NCBI GenBank assembly: GCA_964658305.1
Contig: OZ210885.1
Span: 15,748,001-15,812,000 of the forward strand
Reading direction: 5' to 3'
Source of the DNA: Leptogorgia sarmentosa
Lineage: Eukaryota
Length of the DNA stretch: 64,000 nt
Shown here: one piece after another, positions 25,667-36,057 of the stretch
Position numbering within the stretch: the stretch's first letter is position 1
Layout: the number at the start of each line of letters is the position of its first letter
The notes under the pieces: model-generated
What the model was told of the DNA's origin: nothing
The model's database searches: none
The model's input: the letters and a program-made list of their open reading frames with translations, nothing else
Program-made: the position numbers and the translations under genes

Positions 25667-26782
25667 ATGGCCGACGGTTCACAGGACTCTGAGCCTGTAC
25701 GTGATCCACCGGATCCTTTAGCTAGTCCACCGGACAACAACGTGGGGCAAACTGCCCAAAATATTCAGTTGGCACAAGCGTTAACAAACATAAATCAAAC
25801 GATGACTGCTATGGCCGATATGTTGGCTCAAGTTAACGACAACATGCCAAAAAATTCTGGCGGGAAAAGCCATGATAGCCCACCGGGCACTAGTTCACAA
25901 AGCTGCAAGCGACGGCATGTGGAACAGTCCGACTCGGACGGGGAAGCCGTCCCAAAGAGGGCTTACATCAACATCGACGACCCTGCAATAGCCAATGAGG
26001 ACAACGACGCTCTTTTACAAGAGCTGGAAACACAGTTGGCTGGGAGTGAGGAAAAGGGCAGCCCCATTAAACAAAAACTGGCAGACATTGCCTCTGCTCG
26101 TTGGGGTGCCAAACTTGACCCAGATAAGCTAAAGACTATACTCGATAGGCACCTACAGCCCGAGAACTGCACAGATGTGGTAGTTCCACGTGTTAATTCA
26201 GAAATTTGGGCACAGATGAGTACTAGCAAAAAGAATGATGATTTACAATCATCGCGCCTACAACAAAGCCTTCAAAAGTCAGCCTTTGCCCTACTGAAGG
26301 TCACTGATAAAATTCTGCAGTACAATGCAAACAACTCCACGGCAAACAAGCCTGATATGGACCCAACAGTGGTCAAGGACTGCATTGACATCATTGCCTT
26401 ACTTGGTCATGCAGCAGGTGACTTAACAAAAATGAGGCGTGAAAACATTAAGTCTGTTTTCAAGCATGAATTTAGATCTCTCTGCTCGGATCACACCAGC
26501 ATGAACTCCCAACTGTTATATGGGAATGATTTAGCACAGCGAGTCAAAGATGCAAAAGAGACTAGCAAGCTGGGGAATACCTTAGCTGTCTCCAAAAACA
26601 CCAATGTAGGCCAGAGATACAATAGGAATGCCAGAAATTATCAGAACTCCCAACGCCAAAGATATGACAATAATGCTCACCAGAAGAATGTTGGGAAGTC
26701 TTTTTTGTGGAGGGGTTCGAAACAACCCAGAAGGCAGAAAGCAAGTTGGTCAACCAGCAAAGCTCCACAAAAACCACAGTAA
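25667..26782 (+). CDS. DIRS ORF1 (gag-like)
   Basis: 371-aa ORF with PENC..VPRVNSEIW, RRENIK and LLYG.DL motifs typical of DIRS1 ORF1; first ORF inside the ITRs. Confidence 0.85.
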   Translation: MADGSQDSEPVRDPPDPLASPPDNNVGQTAQNIQLAQALTNINQTMTAMADMLAQVNDNMPKNSGGKSHDSPPGTSSQSCKRRHVEQSDSDGEAVPKRAYINIDDPAIANEDNDALLQELETQLAGSEEKGSPIKQKLADIASARWGAKLDPDKLKTILDRHLQPENCTDVVVPRVNSEIWAQMSTSKKNDDLQSSRLQQSLQKSAFALLKVTDKILQYNANNSTANKPDMDPTVVKDCIDIIALLGHAAGDLTKMRRENIKSVFKHEFRSLCSDHTSMNSQLLYGNDLAQRVKDAKETSKLGNTLAVSKNTNVGQRYNRNARNYQNSQRQRYDNNAHQKNVGKSFLWRGSKQPRRQKASWSTSKAPQKPQ

Positions 26783-28748
26783 TAGATCAATTGCAAACTT
26801 TGAAACACTCAGTGAGTATACTTGTAAATTTTATCCCCACATTGACTAAACACCTGCAGCACAAGTGCAACAGGTTTGAGGCTGGTGGCATCTCTAAGCA
26901 TGTCAAAGAATGGGCCCAGATCACTAGTGATAAAAATCTGTTGGACATAGTCAGGGGTATGAGGATACCTCTGACTATGACACTAACACAGACCATGGGT
27001 TCAGCTGGCTCCTTCAGTAAGAAGGAAGAACAAGCTATTGCTTCAGAACTCCACAGGCTTCTGGAGAAACACATTGTTGAACCAGCGGAACACTCCCAAG
27101 GGGAAATAATATCTCTAATATTTGTCCGGGAAAAAACTGATGGGCAATACAGACTAATCCTTAATCTCAAACAATTCAACATCGCTGTTGAATACGAGCA
27201 TTTTAAAATGGACACAATTAAGACCATCACACAGCTTATGGTAAAAGACTGCTATATGGCATCCATTGATTTGAAGGATGCCTACTACTGCATAGCAGTG
27301 TATTGGGCAGACAGAAAGTATCTACGATTTACATGGGGCAATACACTATATCAATTTACATGCCTACCAAATGGCCTGGCCTGTTGCCCCAGGCTGTTTA
27401 CTAAATTGCTAAAAGCGCCCCTCTCAGCCCTCCATAAGCTAGGCCATATTTCTTCCAGTTATATTGATGACATTTACCTACAAGGCAACACACATAAAGC
27501 CTGTAGTGAGAATGTCATTGACACAGTAACCCAGTTTGATGCTTTGGGGTTTATCTGCCACCCAGACAAATCTGCCTTCCACCCTTCACAGCAACTCACC
27601 ATGTTGGGGTTCTTGCTAAACTCACACACCATGACTATTCAGTTAACAAGGAGCAAGGCAGAGGATATCAAGGAAACTTGTGAGCGATTGCTTCTATTAT
27701 CAACCTGTAGTATACAACAGGTCGCTAGTGCAATAGGAAAATTGGTAGCCAGTTTCCCAGGTGTGATGTTTGGGCCCCTTTACTACCGTAACCTGGATCG
27801 GGATAAGCAGCTGGCCCTGCAGGCTAGTGCTGGCAGATATAAGGCTAGCATGGTTCTCTCAGAGGATGCTAAGCTTGAATTGCAATGGTGGGCTAAGAAT
27901 GTGCTCGACAGTTACAATGTGATATCGCATGGGCATTATGACAGTGTGTTAACTACAGATGCATCACGAACGGGGTGGGGCGCAGTATTTAACGGCTCTT
28001 CCACCGGAGGCATGTGGTCTGCTGATGAACTAAAGTATCACATTAATGCGCTGGAGCTTCTAGCAGTCTATTTGGGTCTACAGACATATTTGCACAGCGC
28101 GGAACACACCCACATTAGGATTATGTCTGATAACACTACAGCAGTTGCCACCTTGAACAATATGGGCACTAGCCATTCCACATCATGCAACCAGCTCGGA
28201 AAACAAATATGGGAATGGTGTAATAATAGATCTATATGGATATCTGCAGCCCACATACCTGGGAAACTGAAACCCTAGCGGACGCCGAGTCTAGAAAAAG
28301 GTTTGAGTCATGTGAGTGGATGATAAATCCTAGCCTGCTAACAGCAGCACTACATGAGTTACAATTTACTCCGGAAATCGACCTTTTTGCCTCAAGGTTA
28401 AACAGGCAATTCAAACGATACGTATCTTATAAACCTGACCCACAGGCTGAAGCCATGGATGCGTTCACATTGAACTGGACATCGCTAAATTTCTATGCTT
28501 TTCCACCATTCAGTGTCATGCCCAGAATGCTGCAGAAAATTGTCACCGATGAAGCGACAGGAATTTGCGTTTTGCCGGAATGGACAGCACAATCTTGGTT
28601 CCCACAAGCGATGCACCTATGTCGGAAACCACCGATACCGCTGAAACCGTGCCAAGACCTATTGACACTACCGGGCTCACCAAGAAAACTCCACCCACTA
28701 CACAAAAAGCTCCGCCTGCTGGTATGCTACTTATCAGGAAAAAATTAG
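26707..28748 (+). pseudogene. DIRS RT-RNase H-methyltransferase-like ORF, frameshift near 28270
   Basis: YRLILNLK, IDLKDAY, LPNGL, YIDD, TDAS..GWG, HINALEL, SDNTTA, HIPG, then ADAESR, DLFASRLN and YAFPPF (DIRS MT domain). Confidence 0.92.
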
Positions 28749-29722
28749 ACGAACATCAACTATCGGATTCGACGAAAGAAGTCATTATGGCATCGTGGCG
28801 ACAAGGTACTGCTAAGCAATATCAATCGTTCTTGATCAGGTGGGAACAGTACTGTGTGGTCAATAATGTTAATACGTTCTGTGCTACAATATCGCAAGGA
28901 ATAGAGTTCCTCAACTCGTTATTTCGGCAAGGGTTGGGCTATAGTGCGATAAACACCGTACGATCCGCTTTATCCTCTGTAATAAACCCGGTGAACGGTA
29001 TCTCATTTGGAGAACAACCATTGGTATGTCGGTTTCTCAAGGGGATCTTCCAACTAAAACCATCCTTACGTAAATACTGCAAAATCTGGGACGTGAGTAA
29101 GGTACTGGCGTACCTAAAAACACTACCACTGACCGAAAATCTAAAACTTAAAGAATTGACCCAAAAACTGACAATGCTCATTGCGTTACTTACAGGGCAG
29201 CGATGCCAAACGATTCATAAGCTAGATCTAACCCTCATGCAAAAATTACCGGACAAGTACGTTTTTGCGATTGGGGAAAAGCTTAAGCATACGCACCCAG
29301 GCAAACACCAAGAGCCGATAGAACTCACTCGCTTCACCGATAGAGACCTGTGTGTGGTGGAACATATCACCGAGTACATTCGTCGCACAGATAATCTCCG
29401 GCAGGAACATGCACAGTTACTAATTAGTTTTGTTAAGCCATATAAACCAGTGTCCAAAGACACAATCACAAGATGAGTGAAAGGAACATTGCTGAAGGCA
29501 GGAATAGATGTTAGTACCTTCACTGCCCATAGTAGTAGAGCAGCAGCCACATCCTATGGTGCCAACACAGGAGCTAAACTGGAAGATATTTTCAAAGCTG
29601 CAGGATGGTCCTCAGCGCAGACATTCTCAAAGCATTACAACAAACCCATCGAGTACAGCAACTTAGGCTCCCACATCCTGGGAGCATATGAACTAAACAC
29701 ACTATCTTCGGCCTCAGACTAA
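28728..29722 (+). pseudogene. DIRS tyrosine recombinase, premature TGA at 29474-29476
   Basis: SWRQGTAKQY, SAINTVRSALS, TGQRCQT (R), AHSSR (HxxR) and AGWS...FSKHY (W, Y). ORFs 28565..29476 and 29477..29722 share a frame. Confidence 0.92.
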
Positions 29723-32700
29723 CAATCTCAGCATTACGTGATGGTATATACACCGTCTGTGACAGGTTATTAATATAATTAAATGGTTCATATTTGATGC
29801 ACTTTCGTGTAGTGTGATATTCTGTACGGGAACAATTGACTATTCATGATTATTGAATGTTCAAATCTCATATAACCGCTTATACATGTAACTCCGTAGT
29901 GACGTACTGATGACGTAGTAGAATTTAAAAATTAAACGAGACTTACCTGGAAGTTGAAGTTTGATATAAATTCTACGAAGTCATCGGTAGGAACGAAGGA
30001 GTTACATGCCCGCCCTGGTCCCATACCCAATCCTTCGTTCCTAGGGTCTCCAATAATCATTCAATTTCAAGACTGACAGGCACGCATGCGCATGCTTCTC
30101 ATATAACCGCTTATACATGTAACTCCTTCGTTCCTACTGATGACTTCGTAGAATTTATATCAAACTTCAACTTCCAGGTAAGTCTCGTTTAATTTTTAAA
30201 TTATGACATTTTGACATAACAAGATTTTATTTCCAATTATGCTCACCTTCAAGAAACTCCGTTTTGAATGCCAGTCAGCAACTTTTATTGGATGAATATG
30301 GTTAAATCTATCCCTTGCACTGTGACATCCAGCCCTTAAATCCTTTGCACCAGCCAGTCGGACCCGAGTGAGCTGATCACCATAGCAAGGCACTCGAACA
30401 TTAGCCAATGGGTCATTTGGATCAGCTACAGGATGGACGTGGGATAAAGGTTGGTCAGGTCGGGAGGTAGATGCAGATAGACCCTGTGTGGTACCAACAG
30501 TCAAAGAAGCCTCATCATCAATTGAACCATCACTCGTTGGAATTTGACCAGCTTTCGCATATATCTCATGGACCCATGTTTCAAGCTGGTCCAAGACATC
30601 AACAATTTCAGCGTACTTCTTTTCATCTTTCAAAAGAACTGTGAGTGGTACAATGGTTGATTTTTCTTTCAATTCTGCTGCATATTTCAAAGATGGGTAG
30701 GTGCTGCTTACCACTGTCTTAAGAAAGCTGAATGCTGGGATTTGCTCAGAAAGGATTTTAGCTGCTATCATCTTGTAGGTTTGTCGCTGCTGTTCAGAAT
30801 CACTAACATTCAGTTCGACAAGCTGTTTGATATCAGTCTCAGCTAAGGACTGCTGTGGCTCTGTGTCATCTAAATGGCTGGATGAAACACGATCAAATAC
30901 CAAAGACGTTGCAACAGCATGTACACTTTGGTTTTGATTATCTGATCGCATTTCGTGCACCTTCACTTCCCAATCAATGTTATCCAGTACAAATGAAAAG
31001 GTGTTTCCTGCCTTTACTTGCTCAACCACCTTGTCCAGGAAATGTGTGCCTATCTCATCTTCAATCTTGTACTTCATTGTCTTTTCAAAGCATACACCAA
31101 GTTTGTTAAACCTCTCATAAACCTAATTAGGAAAATAGAGCAATGTAAGAAAAAAAGCATTAATTCTTGGAAAAAGTGTAAAAATAAAATACACTGTATT
31201 TTTAATCAGAGAATATAATTTTCCATTTTATAATTTTCCATTTAATCAGAGAATATAATTTTCCATTTAATCAGAGAATCTAATTTAACATTTAAAAGTT
31301 TCAAAACAATTTTCTTTCGAAGCACAGTCAAACATGAAAAAGCATCAGCATAGCCACATACATAGGGAAGCTTACTTTAAAATTCATTAATAATTCATCA
31401 AGAGAACACAAAGAAAATCACAACCCTATCGGTGGTGTTATATGTCATACTATGTGATAAAATTTCATGTTAATTTCATGCCCTGGGCAAACTACTGAAA
31501 CTAGGAAATATTGCTGTGGTAACAGTGGAAAATAAACACTTGTGAATCGTTTTGCAAAGGCACAAAATGCACAACTTGCCTCCCAGAGGCAGGCAAAAAC
31601 AAAATGTATGGGTAGCAAGATTTTCTGTGTGGCAATGTTTTCCAGGATAGAAAAATAATGAAAAAATCACAAAAGACTTTTTATATTAGATAAACAATAA
31701 ACAGGCCATTATTAAATATCCGGAAATTTAACTGGCAAGATGTTCAATTAATATTTAGAAATCTCCGGTAAAATAAACAGCCAGTTTGATCACATACATA
31801 TCATTACTATTGTTTTGCAAGTTGCAATTATTTGCAGTCAAAATTACTTCTTATACACTGCTTTTATTTAGAACGTTGCCCTGTAAAAAATCAGCCTACC
31901 TCAGTGTTCGCACCGCTATCTGACAGAATAATGGTGTTAATCTGTTGGATAAAGCTGAGTTCACCTCTTAAACATAATCACCCCGTATATCAAACTGAGA
32001 GCAGCAATCTTTTTCTCGCTATGATTCTCTAAATCCAGCATACCCACTAACAGATTATATGTCACAGGACACATGGTCTTTAATTCTTCTGCGATCTGCT
32101 CGTACGAAAAGTTGCTCAGCATGTCAAAACTGCGACTTCGAAGCATCGAATTTGTGTCCCTTCTAGCCACAGCACGCAATTCAACATCCATTTTTTTCGA
32201 GATTCCTTCAAAAAAAGACTCATCCGTTCTTGTAGGTTGGACTGGAAGGATAACCTACAAAAAACACATTTTATATGATGTAGATTTTTATAGAAACGTA
32301 AATGAAGCAAGATTGTATTATTATACTATTAAAATTAAACTATTGACTATATACTGTGCGTTTTTCAATTTCAACCTACTTGGGATTGCTGACTCTCTGA
32401 ATCAGGTGTTGACTGCGACATAGTAGTTTCGCTCGAGATTCCACTGGAAATAAAGGATAGGCTACGACGGGCCGGGGCATCCAAATTGTGAGATCTCAAA
32501 CTTTTGAGTCTGCTTACAGGTGCGGAAGGTGATACGCCAAGTACATCTTTTCTCCCGAGTTAAACCATTTTGCACCTCACGAACAACTTTCCTAAACTGT
32601 CTTTCTCCAACCGTCTTTCACAAGCCCGACATAAAAGATGAGGAAATCCCTCCTCCCAAATAAGGGCGCCACCGTTTACAATTTCTGCGCTTCGCATCTA

Positions 32701-33169
32701 TGGCAGATTTCGGATAAACTTTCCTTGGTGTTTCTTTTCGCTCAGCCATGGCTTGTAGCTACTCAGAACTGAGTTGATTTGTTTATGCGACCGCCTTCGT
32801 AATTTATCGATAGATGTTTCCTTGAAGAAATACCGGCTGACAAGGTGCGAAAGATTCCCCCAACGTTGTAATTGCCGAAAAGGAGTAAAACGCTTTTAAG
32901 TAAAGCCGCCACATATTTTAAAATAATATGTTGTTTTAAAAATCTCATCTGTAAAATATCTATAGTTTACTCGCAGTTTATACAGGGGCCTGTATTACTG
33001 TATATTTATAACTGTGATTTACGTTTCTAGCGTCATGTTCCCCCTACCACTCCTCCCTAAATAGCAAAAGAGGCGGCTATTAGATACGACCCAGAATCTG
33101 GGTGGTCACGTGACCAGTGTCTTTGCCGCAGCCCCTGCGGAGGTATAAAGACCCTGGCTTGCGAGGTTG

Positions 33170-35424
33170 TATCTGTATCAGGTGCAGGAATCTTGGGCAC
33201 ACTGTCCGGAACTTTCACACCAGCTAGAACTTCATTTGTTGAAAGTTCCTGTATTTCATCATCCATTTCAGGAATAACTGTTAAAAAAGGAATTTAAAAG
33301 TGTTTTTTTTTCAAAAGCACTGTAATCAGAATACCAAATTTATTGCAGCTAAATATTGTAGAATGTGAGCATTTTCCAGGAATGATTATTATATGAACTG
33401 CAAGCCAAACCAAAAATGTTAATGGTAATGATGTTCATTGGGAAACTGAATCAAGTGTAAGTTTTAATAAAATTCAATGTTAATCACGAGACTTAATTAC
33501 TGGACCAGATTCCATGTCCAATACAATTTTACCTGGTCTGAATTGCTGGGGACTGGATCAAATAGAAATAAGATCCAGTCCAAGGACTGAATTAATTTTG
33601 CCTTGAATTTATTTTAATCCAGTCCTTGGGTAACCAGAATTAATTTTGACCCACTCCTTGGATAACTGAAATAATTTTGATCTAAGCCTTGGACTGGAAA
33701 CTTCTTATTTATCCAATTTTTCAAATAGCTTGGAGTTCCTCTGGCATCCAGTATCGATCATGTGATCAAAATATTTAATGCACTTTGATTTGCTAATTAG
33801 TCCAGAATTATTAATGTGTTTTGGATAATATATACCTTTGAACTACTGAGTAATTCAATATGGAATAATCTAGCACAAAAATATGAAATATACCTTCACT
33901 TAATGCAGTTAGCACATCATCTGGTAAGACGTTGCACTTAATGACACTGCACCGAGTGCCCTTGCAGCTTCCATCGCTCTGCATCATTTCTCTCGTAGTA
34001 GATTTGGCACACATGTCACCATGATTTGACAGTTTACTGTACCACTCACATTTAAATTCTTCTTGGATTTTCTTTCTTTGTGCATTCGTTGACGCTTCTT
34101 TCATGAGAGTATTAGGCATTTCTTGCCACCTTATGGCAATAGCTTTGTGGTTCCCGAGTTTGGTTTTTCTTATAAAAAGAGAAATCTACAAAATTTAAAA
34201 AAGAAAAAGAAAAAACAAACATTGATTTTCTACTTTCAATAAATAGGCTGGTATAAAATGCAGACTGAAGATTCATATTAGGGTTAAGATTAGACCTAAA
34301 TAAATAGTGTGCAGTTTCCAGTCTGCATTTTATACCTGCCGTTCAATAAGCCCTTTATAATCAGTTTATACTTCTCTTACAATTAACCCATGCATTCAAT
34401 TTAAAATTTAATATCATCACCTAGATAAACATACCTCTTGTGGTGTTTTTCCTTTACATGCTTCAATAATAACAGTACCCAATTCATGAAATACGTCATC
34501 AGGTGATGTCTCGCCAACCGGTTGGATTTCTGTGGGTATGACTGTTGCACATGGCTGCACAATTTGGGAATGTCCTTTCTTTACCTTAATTGTAGTTAAA
34601 AAGATAAAACAAATGACTGGTTAATGTAAGATTAAGAAAAAGGGAGGCACTGGTTGGGATTACTATAAACTTTCAGTTTTTTTTTAACTTTCGAAATTGT
34701 GTATCACTTTCCTTGGACTTACTTACAGGTGGCTAAAGCGGCCACTCGCTTTACTGGCTCTGAACACAACTTATCATTGATTTAATCAATAGCAATGAGA
34801 AACACAATTGGCCAAAACTATAAATATCAACTCATGTCGTCATCAGAGATAAACTGAATACGCTTGTCCAATAAGGCACACCTGCATCCCTGACACCCAG
34901 AAGAGAGCCTTATGCATTATATGTAAAAATGTATCGTATTCAGAGACCATGGAGTCGACCGGATTAATGTCACTAAAAGGTCGAAGAGAAATCCTTTGCC
35001 GTAATTATTTTAATAGAATAAATAGGCCATCTAACCATCTTTTTAATCTTTTACCATCAAGTAGTAATCACCATTAGAAATAGTTTTATCCCTTAAGCAG
35101 TTAGAAATGTTATAAGCCTGAGATGTGTGCATGCATCATTAGCGCACAGGCTCAAACGTTTCTGAGGAAGCTAAATAAATACGAAAATTATAAAATATTA
35201 TAAATTAAGTGACTCATGCAGTTTATTACCTTGTTTATCACCTTGCGTTGGTTCGCAAAGTATTTTACCACTTGTTCCACAGTTCTTGCAGTTTCTACAC
35301 CAACTTCCTCGGGTATACACACTGGATCTTCTCCATTTAGCAGACAGTTCAGCACATGGAACATAACATGAGCTACTCCACATAATCTAGGGAGGAAGGT
35401 TCGGTACATTATACATACTTCCTG
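33170..35424 (-). pseudogene. Upstream exons of the spliced gene disrupted by the AcademH and Harbinger insertions; product unknown
   Basis: GT-AG-bounded coding segments at about 35422-35229, 34587-34435, 34186-33893 and 33276-33170. The last joins in frame to 9761 (PAPDTD|NVSNITD). Confidence 0.6.
34245..34341. mobile_element. Tiny palindromic MITE-like repeat
   Basis: Inverted repeats GGTATAAAATGCAGACTG and CAGTCTGCATTTTATACC. TTCAATAA occurs near both flanks but is not exactly positioned. Confidence 0.55.
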
Positions 35425-35754
35425 AACAAAAAATAGTTACGTATAGTAACAAGTTCATGGCAATCAGGTGATTGATTCGACATTGGTAACGCAATATATG
35501 ACTTTTTCAAACTACTGATAAGGTGAATGCAACCATTAATATCTATACTTTTCCCTTGCAACAATTGAGTCACATAAAGGGTAGCATCAAGTACATTTCT
35601 AGTTATTACTAAAGCAACAATAAAATCAAATAGAGAAATAACGGTTAGTAAAGAAGATGTAGGATTCAGTCTTGCTTCCAGTTTTATCGTATTTTAATTT
35701 AGTATTGTAATTTATTACCTCCACCAGGAGGTTATGTAATCATCTTGGTTTGTT

Positions 35755-35845
35755 TGTGTGTGTATGTGTGTGTATGTGTGTGTATGTGTGTGAATGTGTG
35801 TGTATGTGTGTGTATGTGTGTGTATGTGTGTGTATGTGTGTGTGT
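35755..35845. repeat. (TGTGTGTATG)n microsatellite
   Basis: Directly visible. Confidence 0.95.
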
Positions 35846-36057
35846 TGATCTGTGAACACGATAACTTTAGAAATAGCGACATTTCACCACAAAACTTTGC
35901 ATAATTATTTGCCATTGCACAAGGAAGAGATGATTAAATTTTGGTTCAATTTGGTTGTGAATCAAGTGAAAAATTTATGAAATAAAACTTTCGCTGCTTC
36001 AGTTTTTCAAAATGAATGCATAATGAAGTGAATTGATATTTTGAATGCTTAAGTGAA

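Larger units (their letters stand above)
25365..30202 (+). mobile_element. Full-length DIRS1-like tyrosine-recombinase retrotransposon, in an Academ intron
   Basis: Left ITR 25365-25448, internal complementary region (ICR) 29866-30008, right ITR plus extension 30072-30202. ORFs gag, RT-RH-MT and YR. ATT at both junctions. Confidence 0.95.
16650..32749 (-). pseudogene. Academ transposase (DUF6589-like), multi-exon, disrupted by a Gypsy insertion, frameshifts and stops
   Basis: Pieces: ATG at 32749 (MAERKETPRK...LCRACERRL), 32254-31900, 31124-30248 (FVLDNID, GDQLTR, ADWH), 24967-24619, and 17335-16650 (DLLQENLNR). Removing the Gypsy restores ...VSDDHPDQVREYSLCLLRFFFMLECVRQAVK in frame. Confidence 0.88.
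13544..33169. mobile_element. Full-length AcademH DNA transposon (19.6 kb including nested insertions)
   Basis: TIRs CAACCTCGCAAGCCAGGGTCTTTATACCTCCGC(G/A)GGGGCTGCGGCAAAGAC at 13544 and, reversed, ending 33169. Perfect 9-bp TSD TATCTGTAT at 13535-13543 and 33170-33178. Convergent RecQ helicase and Academ transposase genes. Confidence 0.95.

Noticed and set aside
28236..28748. Stand-alone DNA adenine methyltransferase or restriction-modification gene
   Set aside because: It is the known MT-like C-terminal domain of DIRS1 pol, separated by a frameshift.
33490..33815. Possible MITE with GGACTGGA/TCCAGTCC motifs in an intron
   Set aside because: Termini are too degenerate and no TSD could be fixed.
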